DNA of 48,902 nt, counting the filler, from Streblomastix strix (lineage: Eukaryota): assembly GCA_008636045.1 (NCBI GenBank). It is 2 parts of 2 records of this genome, joined end to end, with 100 filler letters (N's around TTAATTAATTAA, not from the genome) between each part and the next. Parts side by side here need not be neighbours in the genome. Positions count along the whole stretch, not along the records: positions 1 to 24,434 come from SNRW01000235.1; 1 more part is not named here. One strand, given 5' to 3'. This document shows positions 1 to 14,021 of the stretch, piece after piece. Under the pieces are notes generated by a model. The model was not told where the DNA came from and searched no databases. It saw only the letters and a list, made by a program, of their open reading frames with translations. A program made the translations under genes and the position numbers. The first letter of the stretch is position 1. The number at the start of each line of letters is the position of its first letter.

Positions 1-1683
1 TTCGGAGGCGAACTAATCATAACCAATCTGAAACTGGAGTTTAAGAACATAAATGAAAATATAGTTTCATAACTTGTTAGTTTCATCAATAATGGTGGGC
101 ATCTGCAAGTTAGGAAGACTTAAATAGCCGACGTTACTTTTCGGAGAGGAAATTCACTTTTTGGAGCTGATAATGCTAACACAATTTCACTCGTTGACTG
201 CAAATTTAGTCGTATTCACATTGGACATAACGACACATACAAAGAAACTAATCATATTGTATAGTCAACCAATATATCTATAATCAATTGCAAGTTTACG
301 GATGTAGAGAATGCTCTTATTGGTGGAATAATCAACAATGTGAATTCAAACCAAAATCTTTTGGTTCAATAATCATCATTCAAAAACTGCCTTAATTCAA
401 AGCTGGCATCAATTACAAGCAATTAATAACATGCAGATATACAATCTGGCAATGCACAATTCATTGATACTACTTTTGAAGATTGTACATCATCAGACTT
501 TGGAGGAGCTGTCAATTTCAGAAGCGATGGTTATATATCAATAACTGATTGCAAATTCTATAATTGCATCAGTTTTGAAGGTAAAGGCGGTGCTTTGTAT
601 ATAACAGGCACTGGGAAACACACAATCCTGAATTGTAAGTTTGAAGATTGCTCAGCTAATGGATAATAAATTGCAGAAGGAGGATCAATTTTCATTCAAG
701 GAGGAATAAATACAATTGAAGATTCGGAATTTAAATAATCAAAAGCTACTGTATCAATTAAAGATAAAGATTAATATGAATATGACGATTCAGTATCAAG
801 AGGTGGCGCAATTATGGCAGTTGATTGGTAAGATGGATCAAGAATAGTTAATTCAGAATTCACACAAAACGAAGCTGATTTTGGAGGGGCGATTTATTTG
901 GATTCTTATTCTACTGAAAGTCGAGTTGAGATTGTAGATTCGGAATTCAAGAATAACAAAGCTACATTTGAAGGTGGAGCTATATAATCCAGATATACAA
1001 CTCTGCTTCATTTAGATGATGTATAATTCACATGGAACCAAGCATCAGTTGATAACAAAGGTAACGACCTTCATTTCAGTGATATAAACAATAATCCAGA
1101 ATATATAGAAAAACCAAACATGGTCCAAATACAGCAAAACCTGCTGACAAACTGCAAATCCAAAACAGCTGAGCCTCGCGTGTGCATTGATGGATATGGA
1201 TGCCAATATGGATGGCTCCCAGATAACAATTCAAGTATTTGGCCAACTTGGGCAATAATTCTGATTGTTCTTGGTGGTATAACTCTGTGTTGCATATATG
1301 GTCTGATTTGTGTAGGATGCTGTTTTAAGCAGATTTAGAAGGTAGTTTTAGGTAATAAAGCTGAGAATGAGAAGAATTAGTTTAGTTTGAGTAGAAATGT
1401 TGAAGAAGGGAGAAGAAACACAAATAGAACAGAATAGATTCAACCTCCACAAATAAATAACAACAATAATAACAATGATAGAATTGTAGTTCGTGTTCCA
1501 CAATATGATGATTTCCATCATGATGATTAAGATTAATAACAAGTAAGGAGCATTTTCTAGCTTCCACTGTTGTAATAATAACCAAATAATGCTCATAATT
1601 GCCCAGATTATAATATGACATCAACTGCAGTTCGTCCGAATCAAGTCGAATCTGAATAAATAAGCATAAACATGTTAGAATGA
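1..1683 (+). CDS. Single-pass membrane protein with pectin-lyase-like / Pmp-type beta-helix ectodomain (5' end outside window)
   Basis: Frame 1 is open to TGA at 1681-1683 when TAA/TAG=Q. Repeated GGA(I/V/L)/GGSI and FxxC/FxxN motifs (DFGGAVNF, GKGGALYI, SRGGAIM, FTQNEADFGGAIYL, FKNNKATFEGGAI). TM helix IWPTWAIILIVLGGITLCCIYGLICVGCC at about 1237-1323, then a low-complexity tail. No intron in the visible part. Confidence 0.85.
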
Positions 1684-2264
1684 GTTTTATTCGTTATTTA
1701 TCGGTTTTATTTTAATTTATTAATTTTAATTTAATTATTTATTAATTTTAATTTAATTATTTAGGAGAGCTTTATTTTTATATGATTATGAGGGATTTTT
1801 AGTGATTTATGAGAGCATTTACTGAGAGCAGTTAATTTTTATTTGAAAAATTTTAATTTTAATTTTAGGGAGTTTTTATTTTTTATTTTTATTATTTGTT
1901 TAATTTCGAGAGCTGTTTCGTTTTTTATTTAAGTTTTATCAAATTTGTTTTAGTGTGCAATTATTGTATTGTTATTTAGTGTATAATTAGTATACAAAAT
2001 AAAGCTAGGTTCATTTAACATCATTCTGATAAAGGATCTATCCCACAATTTATTTTTTATGATAAACTTGTATCAACAACAATCTATTTTAAAAATCCAA
2101 CTTATAACTCACCCTATCAATTACAAACCTATACATTACACCCATACTAGATGAATTGCATTTCATTTATTTCATAACACCCCAAACCCTCCTTAAACCC
2201 ACAAACAAATAAAAAGTGTAGTGCATGATTGTATTGTTTTTAATATTTCAGCTCAATTATATCT

Positions 2265-3252
2265 TCACCTCAACTTTTCAGCGATCGCCAGCCCAGCGAA
2301 ATCCTCAAACGTGATCTTCGTGGAAAAAGCGCCTCCATTTTCCGTTTGAAGAGCATTTCGCATCTGTTCGATGAAATCTGGAGGTTTTGATGGGTCCCTG
2401 GTTGTTAAGTAGCTCGCATACTGCAGGAATTGCTATGTATCGAGTGAGGGGTCCTCTTGGGTGGCAAAAGTCATGAAGATGAACTCGAAGGCGGCGAGGA
2501 GGTTCTATATTGTGTGAATGAATGAATAAGTAAATGAATTTATATGAATAATTTAATTAGTTATTATATATAAATAAGTTAATATGAAATTATAAATAAA
2601 TTAGCTAATATACTATCAGTAATTATCATATATAACTAAAATTCATACTTCAGCAGCAAGCGAAATGGCCAATACTAAGAACTCGCGCCAATCAATTGGG
2701 TCATCAAATTTTCCTAAGTTGAAAATTCCTTCAATTGTAGGATCTCCAAAGCCAACTGCCATCGCTGTTTCAGTGACTGTCTGACGTGGGAGTGAATAGA
2801 TGTTTGTGTTGTCGATTTCTTCAAACTGAGGTAATATGGAAGGAAAATGTATTAATATAAAAATATATAATTACAATTAAAAAAAAAGGATAATTAAGTG
2901 AAATGCATGCCTTTCGTCTAAGAGATGTAAATTATTCAATAGCTAGATTGCCTTCACCTAAAATGACGAGAAAAGCATAAATTAATAAGTTAAATAAATG
3001 TGTCTGGTAATATTTTTTAATGTTTTATACCAGCTACATTTTCGGCCATTTAAGCAAAATAATTGGCAGCAAATTCAACAAGATTTTCAGGTTAAGCTCT
3101 AATACATTCTTTTGTAAAAGCCTGTGTTATGAAAAATCAAAAATAAGAATTCAAAATAAATAATAAGCGAAAAATACCTTTAAAATTTCTGGCAGCTCCA
3201 GCGGCACTTATATTTACTCTGCACAGAAAATTCTTTCTGTTTGAATATTCAT
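2265..3252 (-). CDS. RSP11: Radial spoke protein 11 / ropporin-1-like protein (RIIa dimerisation-docking domain), 5 exons
   Basis: Spliced translation MNIQTERIFCAEQIQVPLELPEILK|AFTKECIRAQPENLVEFAANYFAQMA matches the ROPN1L/RSP11 N-terminus. IDWREFL follows later. Exons approx. 3252-3178, 3121-3031, 2957-2911, 2825-2649, 2504-2265; ends in TGA. Confidence 0.85.
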
Positions 3253-4056
3253 TCAACTAAATATATGAAAAAATTATAAAAATAAAGAAATGAAAATAGT
3301 AAGTTTGATTGTAAGACGAATTTTTAAAAAAAAATCTGAAATCCATATGTTTAGAATTGTAATGGTATATTCATTAAGTAAAGAATGACATTTATACAAA
3401 TATAAAATCAAAAAATATATAAAAATATAATTTTAATTTTTCAACTAACGAATAAACGAAATTTAAGATGGAAAAAATTTATTTTCATAATAATTCAAGG
3501 CATTAAAGGGTAATCATATGAATCTTTGAAATTTTAGAATATAATTAACTTTTTGAATGGTATGGCAAAGTATAAAATTAAAAAATCAACTTTTTCAAGA
3601 TTGCAACCTCTGAATAAAAAAATTTATATTTCAAATTAGAGACCAGAGAGTTATTAGATTTAATGTTTGATATTACTAGTTTGTCAAAATAATATATAAA
3701 TAAAAATTGTACACTAAATGACGATAATAATTTAGGAATTGAGTTTGTTCTTAAGTCGGTACATACCAACTTATTTTATATTCTGTTCATTAAAAAATAT
3801 AAATATTTATCCTTGTCATGCATTTTATAAGCTAATATTTTGAAACAAATTGTTCGTTATAAGATTTACAATTTTGAATTTGTCAAGAGATTTGCATGAT
3901 GAGATAATTCGTAGTTTCAAATACATAAATTAATTTTAAATATATACATATTTATTATTAATTTTATTCAAAAATTATCATCATTTCTATATGAACTATT
4001 GATCAATTCATGGATTAATTTTTCCATTTTTCAAATTTTCATTTTATTCTTTGAAG

Positions 4057-7000
4057 ATGACCACTAAAAGACCAAGCAGTACTCAACGGACTGTAGATAT
4101 AGAGAAAAAGAATGCTTTAATCGCGCAACTATAGCGTGACCTAGATTATGCTAGGTAAGAAACAGATAACTAGAAAAACGAAGCTACTCGACTACGCTCA
4201 ATTGCCAAATAACTTAAACGTGAAAAAGAAGACCAAGAGGACAAACTAGATGCACTTTAAGAAGAATTGAATTAAATCTAAATCCAAAGTGCTCGAAAAC
4301 TTGCTGACGAAAAAGAATAAGATCAACTAATAACAGCAAAATAACAAAATCAGATTGAAAGACTAAACGAACAAATTCGCGTTTTATCCCACAAACTCCT
4401 CGAGAAAGAAAATTTATTAGAAAAGTCTGAATCCACTAATCACCGCATTCAGAACGAGCTTAAATAAGCCCAAGTAAAACAATTCACTGCAGAAAGTTAA
4501 TGTGAAAAAGCTCTTGCAATATAATCATAGATTGCAAGAGCATCTGCAGAAGCAAAAGAGAGATTAAAAGAAGCTGAAGCTGAAAGAGAAGAAATTGAGC
4601 TGAAATTGACTGAGACTATATAAGAGATGTAAATAATGCATGAATAGATGATTAAATATGAATAAGATCTTAAATTATAAAATGAGTAGTTTAATGAAAT
4701 GGAATTATAATATAAGAATAAAATTAGAGAATCTGATGAAAAATGCAAAGAAATGGAGAAGAACAACAAATAATTAGAAAAGGAATCAAACGGAGCTCGC
4801 GAAGAAGCCAAATAACTCAGAATTCAGATCGAACAGACAAAAGATGAGAAAAAACGTGTATAAGAGGATATTAAGTAATATAAAGAAGAAAATGATAAGA
4901 GAAATTAGAAATTAGAAGAGAAAATATTAAAGAAAGAAGAAGAATGCGATAAATTGAAGGCTGAAATAAGCAAGAAAAGTGGATCATGGTCATCGATGGA
5001 GAAGGAGGTATTTAAGAATTTAGATATTTATTATTATTAATTAAAAATTACAGTTGTATTTAATTAGAATTAAATATAAATTGAATTATTATTTTATACT
5101 TTCTTTATAGAATGATGAATTACGAACTTAATTGTAGAAGAAAGAAAAAGATTAAACTATTGAAAGAAGAATGATGCATGAATAGTTATATGAATCAAAG
5201 TATGAATTATGAAATAATACTGTTTAAAAATGTTTATTTATGATAAATAGATTAAAATATAATAACATTTATATAATATAAATTGTTATATATATTATTT
5301 GATATTTATATTTCAGATCTAATGAACGTCAATTACAGGAGAAACTTAGTTCAATTATGAATGAAATGAATAATACAAAATCAGATGCGGATAGAAAGGA
5401 TAAAGATAATGAAGGTTTATATTTGAGAAATATTATTTTAGTGTTATTATTTAAATAGAATTATAATATTAATGAATAAGATATATTTAACTGTATTTCT
5501 ATTCAGTTATTATTATTAACATATATAATTATATCTATTATATACTATTATATCAACTAATATATTATCTCACATAATCCAGTCCACATTCACCAGATAG
5601 AGTCCAAATTACTCATATTACAGAAAGAGAGAGAAAAAGACACATAAGAGAGGGAATAGAGGAGTAAGGAAGACAGGGAATGGAAGGTTATTAATGAATA
5701 TTGATTGATAATGATTGAAATTTGGATTTAATTGGATTTAATTGGATTTAATTGGATTTGATAGAATTAATGTGAACTAATTTGTTATATATATAAATAT
5801 ATTTTTCTATATTAAAATTATTAATTTGATTTACTTATATTTATTTTAATTGCAATATTTATTTACAGGAAGAATCAATCCGCACAAAAACTGAGCTTTC
5901 AAAGCTTCTAGTAATCCGCGACAAAGAACAAGAGCTCAACAAACAATATGAAACACAAATGAAATAATCTGAAAAAGAAAAAAATAACCTTCAACGTGAA
6001 AATGATCAATTACAATCAAAATTAAACCAACAATAATCACTAACAAAGAACTTATAATAATAATTAGAAGATCTAATCAACCAGAAGCAAAACATCGAAT
6101 CTGAAAGCGAAGAATTTTAACAGCAGTATAAATTAGCGCATTCAGTCTTAGTAGAGCGAATTCAAGAATTGGAAAATTAAATAGAAAATAATAAATAGAG
6201 TAAAAGATAAGAAATAAATGAAGTCGAGAAATAAAAAGATTAGGAGAAAAGAGATAAGGAGAAATATATTGAGAGATGTAATGGTGTAGTTATTGATGAA
6301 TATGATTATAATAATTGTAAAAATGAATATAATTAATTAATAAATAAACAATTTGAATAATAAATTATATAAATAATTATTTTAATTTATTATTCCTTAA
6401 AAATATTATCATATTATTCTTTTTCTACATTTTCCTTGTAATTTACTTTTTATTTATTTATTCTTATTTTAATAATAATTAAGCACTCGAAGTCCAATTA
6501 CTCTAAACCAAGTAACAAATGGATAATAACAAATAAGAATTGGAGAATGAAAGACTCAGAATAAGAGAAGATAGTTAATAGAGGGAGAAGAAGGAAGTAT
6601 GAAGATATGGAATGTGAATTATGAATTAGATAATAGGAATAATAAATATATATGCTATTAATTTAGTTGATATTAATAATTCGTAACAATTCACATATAA
6701 TTGATATTCACTCTTACTCATTCATATAATTATTAATATGACCATTCACATATAATCAATATAATCATTCATATAATTAATATTATATATATTATATATA
6801 TTCTATAGTCCACCTCATCCACACGCATATCCACACTTATACTCAGACATGAGGAGGAGATGAAGGAGAAGCAGAGAGAGATTGAAGATGGGATGAGGAA
6901 GTATATTATTATATATTATATATATAGACTGTATTATATATTATATATTATAATTAATAAATATAGAAATGATAAATATAGAAATAATAAATATAGGAGG

Positions 7001-10000
7001 AACTGAATGAATGATGCTATATTTTAGAATTAATTTATAAAATGTATTTGAGATTGAATTGAAATATATTTATTGTTTGTTTGGTTATTAATTTATTTAA
7101 GATATCTTGAAGTTCAATCATTATTGAACGAAGCTACAAAAAGAATTAACGAGATGGAAAAGTATAATATAACATATTTAACAAATATCCAATTCTTTAT
7201 TTCAAGTATTTTTCAATTAATATATTTTTTTTCATTTATTAATATAAATATTAAATAGAAAGATCAAAGAAATTGAAGAAGACAGGGAGATAGAAAGAAA
7301 GATACTCAATTAATAAGTGTGAAATATATTAAATAAATGAATAATAAGAAAATTAAATAAAAAATTGAACAATTTTAAAATAATTTTTTAAAAAATAAAT
7401 AAAAACACATTCATTAATATATAATTGCCAATTATGCTAATTTCATCAATAATTATATATATACCATTTCTAATATATATTCAGGCTTTAGATGCACAAA
7501 TCAGCACAGAAGAGCATCTTTCTGAACAAGAAGACTTCAGAGAAGAGAATCTAAAGTTGAAATTGTTGAATGAGAAGATGAAGTTTGATATGGACAGGAT
7601 GAATTAGGAATATGGAGTATAATAAAATAGATTTAATAGTAATTATTATTATTAGTTGAAATGTGATTATATATTTATTATATTTTTATATTATTCATTT
7701 TAATTATATTATTTATTCTAAGCCACTTCTTTCCAAATCAAATGAAATTATTCAGTCACATGAAGATATATCTAAGATCAGACAACAGTTGAGTTAAGCC
7801 TATGAATAAGTAATTGTGCAGAAAGAGGTTTATTATTTTATTATTGAAATCATTATTAATTAGAATTAATATTAATCATTATTAATTAGAATTAGAATTA
7901 ATTATTATAATTTTTATTATTCGTTCATATTTTAATTAAAGGTCTGGTCATCAGAAAAAACTGTAATGAGACAAGAAATTGAGAAATTAGAGGATGAATT
8001 GCATAAAACATAATAGAAATTAGAAGTTTGTAATGTTGATTAATATATATATATATATATAATTTAATAATAATATTTCTTTTTTTTCTATATAATTTAT
8101 AGTAACTTCAAATTCAACAGAACAATGATGAAGCAACACATAAAACAATCCAAGCAAGGTTTGATAAATTGCTTTTAAATTTAATTTTTTAAAGTTTTTT
8201 GTTCTATTATATTTAATAAGATTATCCCAAGAATTAGCAGTAGCTTAATAGAGTGCCATGATATCAAAGAAGTACTATTCGATATTGTTATTATTATTAT
8301 TTTTAATTCTATTAATCTTAATGTAAATAATAAATTTATTTACCTATTATTTATTATTAATTTATTATATTAATAGGAGAATAACTGGTGAATAGGAAGA
8401 TAGAAGTCTAATTGAGAAGGAAAGAGATGATTTAAAAGAAGAAAATGATGATATAAAGAAACAGAATGTATGAAGATATTATATGATTAGATAGAAATGA
8501 ATGAAATTTGATATAATTTATTAAAGAAATTGAACATTTAATTAAATACAATTTTTATATTCAAATTATTTCATATTAAATTATTTCTTGGTTATGAAAT
8601 TAAACACTTTAGTAACAATTGCAATCAGACTTAGAAATAGCAGTCAATGAATTGGTAAATTTCAAATCAAGCTTCGATTTAAGCAGAGAATAACTTGAAA
8701 TGGAAAGAAAGAGAGGTAATTAAATTATTATTATTATTTATTGTTACTATTTATTATTAATTATATATTTTATTAATCAATATAAAAGTTTGTATAATTT
8801 AAATTATAGCATTATTTACTATTTTTTATTTTATTCTTTATTTACTATTTCTCGTTTTATTCAATTATTTAATTCACTCAACAGCTTCTGAAATTCAATC
8901 ATAACTAGAAATATAAGTTCGCAAACTCCAGCTCAGATTAAAATTAATGCAAAAAGTGAACAAAACCTTAACATTGAATAATACAGTAAATGATAATAAC
9001 AATAATGAAGATGAAGAAGAAGATTAATAAGAAGAAGAAGATGATGATGAAGAGGAAGAAGAAGAAGAAGAAGAAGATAATGATAATAATAAAATAAGAA
9101 TTAAAATTAGAAATAAAACCAATAATAATAATTTATCAGTTCAAGATCACAGAAATATATTGAAAGAAAGCATTTTCAGTGATAATATATATGGAAATAA
9201 TAAACAATAAGAAATTTATAGCAATATTAACACCGATAAAGAAAATGTACCTGATTTCCTTCAAGATCATTATTCACTTCCTCCAAGACTATATTTATCC
9301 AATACAAGTACTAAACAATAATAAACATAATAATTACAGTTGCAATCAACAATTCCATAATAGCAATAGTTCCTATAAAAGATTCAATAACAACAACTAA
9401 CTCAATAATAACCATAATAATAATAAACATAATAATATAAATCATCATTTCATCAAAACATACCAATTCCACCTCCTCCCAATGCAGTTTAATAATCATA
9501 ATCATAATCACATACATCAGATACAGATTCATAATCTTCTTATTCTTCTTATTCTTCTTCACAATCATCAAATTAGTAATAAAAATAATAATAACTACAA
9601 TAATAATAAAAATAATAATAATAAAAGTAACATTAATCTTCTTCATCATCTAATTAGCCTTTTAATAATTAACAATCATCTTCATCATCTTTATCTTTAC
9701 AATCATCATAATTACAGTTTCCATATAGGCAACTTCCATCTTCTTAATAATCTTCATCATACACCTTATCTCAAATCCAATCAAATTAATAATTGCAACA
9801 ACAACAACAATAATAATAATAATAAATAAATAACCTTAATCAACCAGTAAATAATAGTTAATAATAAAATCGGTATTAATCTAAGCTAAATTAAGATTAA
9901 AATGTTTCTACAGCACCACTTGATAAGCTTCTTTCATCAACTTTTTCGCTTTCAAGTAAATATAGTCATTATTTAGACAATTATTAATAGTCGAATAATG

Positions 10001-10251
10001 ATCACTTTAATGTGAATAAAGATGAATTAAATAATGAAAATAAGAGTAAATCTGATGATAATTTAAATTTAAATGAAAATTAAATTGAGAGACAAAAAGA
10101 AAATGAAGCAGATAATGATATAAAAGATGCAGATTAGTTTGAAACTAAAAGTAAATTAATTAATTATGATAAAGAGAAAGAAAATAAAGGATAAAGAGTA
10201 AAACGAGTGACTTTCAATGTTTCGTAGGACGGTGGGACTGGAAATAAGTGA
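4057..10251 (+). CDS. Large coiled-coil protein (roughly 15 introns) with poly-E, Q/P/S-rich low-complexity C-terminus
   Basis: ATG at 4057 (MTTKRPSSTQRTVDIEKK...). E/K/Q/L-rich heptad-like exons separated by AT-rich GT..AG introns. Long last exon from about 8885 ends KRVTFNVSQDGGTGNK-TGA. Confidence 0.75.
5721..5760. repeat. 10-bp tandem repeat (ATTGGATTTA)x4 in an intron
   Basis: Directly visible. Confidence 0.9.
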
Positions 10252-10599
10252 ATATAATATTGATTAATTATTTCTTTAATTTTTTTATTAATAAAATATA
10301 ACGTCTTATGTCAAAATATAAAAATTTGAATTGAATATATTTAATATCATTCAAAAATTACCATTAAAAGCAAATTCGTTCACGAAACGTAGCTGGGCAA
10401 AAGTCTCCTTAGGCTGGAATAATTATTTTTCCATCAATAGTTTGCTGTTTTGCAGGTTCTTATTGCGATATTCGTTATTTCTACATGATATATAAATGAT
10501 TTATTAAAATGAATTACAAAATATCACAAAACACAACTGAGAAATTTTATTTTACATTTTTTTTATTTTTAAAGAATCAAAACCACAATCTTGACCAAC

Positions 10600-11355
10600 A
10601 TGGAATACACCTTCGAAGAGGAAGACACTCTTTCCACCTGGTAACTGACTTAGCGCATCGACGTATGCGCTAATGTTTGCCATAAACTTTTTTATTTTTT
10701 TCAACCTTAGATTCAAGAGCTACGCTATATGGTTCAAATATTACGCTCGGACAATGAAGTTATGCAAGCGCGATGCATACGCCGCATGATTTCGCTGATT
10801 TGCAAAGCGATAAGACAGGGCGACTGCGAGGAAATTATCAGCGTCGTCAAAGAGGAGAGCTTAAGACAGATGCTTAGGGCACGCGTGCGTTATTCGCGAA
10901 GAGAGCTGCGGATGATCCGCGATGTCCTAACCAACATAATTGATGCCTTCCCGTCGTAAGAGGAGTTCATAATTGAAGAAAATGTAGTTGCAGAAGTAGA
11001 GCCACTATTACCATTGGATAATTCTGGGAACTTAAGCAGCAGTATGGAATCTTATTAATTTATTATAATTTTTTAATCTTTCAATGCGTTTATAGATGAA
11101 AATGAATTCACAACCAGCGATGAAGAAAATAAAGAATTAGCCGAAGAATTAGATTTACTTCGTCAAGCCATTGATGAAGGAAAGAAACACATGTGGAAGA
11201 AAGGACAATAAGATATGAAAGATCGACCACAGAAACAGAATGGAACAAGACTATCTAGAAGCAGACGAAGCAGGAGAAGCAGTGCAAGTGATTCTATGGT
11301 AAATGTAAGTGATGAAGAAAATAATGTTCCATATCAAATTGAAGCGAATGAGTGA
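10600..11355 (+). CDS. Small hypothetical protein, 3 exons
   Basis: MEYTFEEEDTLSTWQLTQRID|IQELRYMVQILRSDNEVMQARC... Introns approx. 10663-10710 and 11042-11095; ends EANE-TGA. GC is higher than in the flanks. Confidence 0.65.
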
Positions 11356-11598
11356 TTATATATTAGTTTGAAATATGAAATATGGATATAGATTATGAAT
11401 ATGAATATATTCTTTATGATTTTACACTGCATAGATTTTCAAATTAGTTTAGTTTATTTTTCTATAAATTCAAATTCTTCTCACTAATTTCAAATATTTA
11501 TTTTTGAGATATAGAAATAGTGAATGACCTTTTTCAATGTTGAATGCATTTAGCAAATCATTTATTATTATCCTTTTAATTTTTTTGGATTTAATCGG

Positions 11599-14021
11599 TC
11601 AACATTTTATTTGTTTATCATTGTTTATTTCTTTTTTACCATTTCCAAGTTGATCAGCTTTCAATTCAGCACTTCTTTTGTTATTATTACTATTTTTCAA
11701 GAGTTTAATATAAAATAATATAATTGTAGAATTAGCATGATCTGATTATTTTGCATTTATTTTATTTTGTATTAATTCAAACAAGAAATATTTTTTATTA
11801 CTCAGATAATATTTATTTAGATCAATATAATTTGTGAAATGTAACTTAAGGAGAATTGACAATAATATTATTACAAAAATGAATTCAAATGAATATAATT
11901 CATCAATACCAATGTTCTTTTATACACGAAATGTTAATGAAGAAATTGGTTATGATGCCTTTGGAGGCATTTATTTGTGGATTGATATTATTTCTATATC
12001 CTTTATTAACTAAAAGAGATTCTAACTCTTCAAAGCACCCTTCTTCTTCAATATGTTCAAATGACTGCTTAATAAGAGCATATTGGGATGGGAATGAATG
12101 GAAATTTTATTAATATGATTTTTTCCCTTTAAAAAGAAAAATTAATAATTTATTTAAATTCCATAATATTCTATATATTTCATTATCATTATCTTATCCA
12201 TATTGAATGTATGCTACAAGAACTGCTGTCACTGCTTTTATATATCCTTCATTGCATACATGAATTATTGTTGATTCATCAAAATATTATTAAATTTCAC
12301 TTAATATACATATGCAATATATTCTTATCTTTTGGCATGATTCAAATTATTAATCATTAATGTTATGATCATTAATCTTATAACACATCAGTTTAATTAG
12401 TGAATAAATTAGATTTTAGTTGGATATTATAGATAAATGATTTTCAATATTATTAGAAATAAATTTATAAAGTAAATATAGAAATAGTTAAATTTAATAT
12501 TGAGAATAGATTGATATTTGTTATTTATTGTTGTTTTGTATCAATGGAAGAGATTATTGTGATGCAAATGAAATTATTGGAATTGTGAGATGAGGAAGAA
12601 TATTGTGAACATTTATTAGTTATTATTTGATGCTATTAATTTTAATTAAGTTTGAAATTAAATAATATAACTAATTTTGAAGTTTTTATAAAGATGAATT
12701 CATTTTCACATTCATATTAAATTGGCATTGGATTTCAGAAGGACAATTAAAATGAATGAGAGGTGCAATACTATTGCAAATACTGTTATCATCAATTTGT
12801 AACTATTCTTTATTATAATTTATTATTAATTTATTGAGTGTTTCAAATGTTTCTTCTATTGATGTCATTTTAATCTTTATTTCTTAGTCAATGTTATTAT
12901 TATTATTATTTGATTATTTATTATTTTTAATCAGTAAAATTAATAATTATATATCATCAGATACAAACTATGTGGAAATGTTCATTATATTTTTATTAAT
13001 CTGAAATTTATTCATAAGACGAAAATAAATTTGAATTAGTTATTAATTTATGGAAGAAAATGAGCACATTTTATTATCTTCTTTTAAACTGATTCTATTT
13101 TGAATTAATCTTTCAATCTTTGATATTAACCAAGATTATTTCACTGCTTAGAAGAAGAATGAACGAAGGATATCCATTTATTTTTCTAAGAGTTTTTATG
13201 TTTAAGGATTGAGTTTACTTATAAATTCAATTGTGTTTAAGAGAAATATTTCAGATTGTGTTGAAAGATCGTTCAATTTGGAGTATATAAATTCAAATGT
13301 TTCAGAATTGAATTATAATAAGATATTATAGATATTCTATTTCATGAGTTAACTTAATGATTTGGATTTTTCATCTTCAGTTAATTGAGTTGATTCAAAG
13401 ATTTATTCAATTGATGATTTCATGAATTCTAATCAAATAAAATAAATATGTATTAAATATTAATATATGAAAGTATTTTTAATAATTATTTCATACTTTT
13501 AGATGTAATAAAATCTGATTTATTCTCAATAATCCACATTTATATTTTATATAAATTCAATTCAGTCAAATCAAGAATCTTTTTAGCATTTTCTGCTTAT
13601 TCTTTATTCATCATTGTTATGAATCCAAATCCTCTATTCAATCCTTTTGATTGAGGAAGAAAGACTTAAATAACAGACCCTGATTATGAGAAATGATGTT
13701 TCAATTATTCTTCAGTTATAATCTTGCTTATACCATATACAAATAGTTATGCTGGAATATCGGTAAGTTATTGATGTTTTATGTATACAAAAATAAATTT
13801 ATATAATATAACTAAAAATTGTTTCAATTTATTTACTAATATATATGTTTTTATTTGATGATATATAATATATATTACAATTAATGTTAACCTTCAACTG
13901 AAGCAATTTAATCTTGTTATGATGATTGAGATAAATTTGACGCCTTGCATTCTGCAAAGTTTGCTGTTTACTCTGCTTGATTAGATTGATTATTTTTCTC
14001 TAATCCTATTAATTCACTCAT
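11599..14021 (-). CDS. RRM-domain protein with long, probably helical C-terminal region (start uncertain)
   Basis: The exon at about 13500-13790 encodes LFVYGISKIITEEQLKHHFSQSGSVIQVFLPQSKGLNRGFGFITM, i.e. RNP2 and RNP1 motifs. A long downstream exon ends KQIKC-TGA at 11599. An AG acceptor near 14051 allows a further upstream exon. Confidence 0.7.

Noticed and set aside
1760..1920. Spaced GAGAGC motifs downstream of the first gene
   Set aside because: Short, irregularly spaced, in low-complexity sequence; no supportable function.
9179..9829. N/H/I-rich ORFs in the track
   Set aside because: Off-frame or antisense readings of the Q-rich exon (TAA runs) of the coiled-coil gene.
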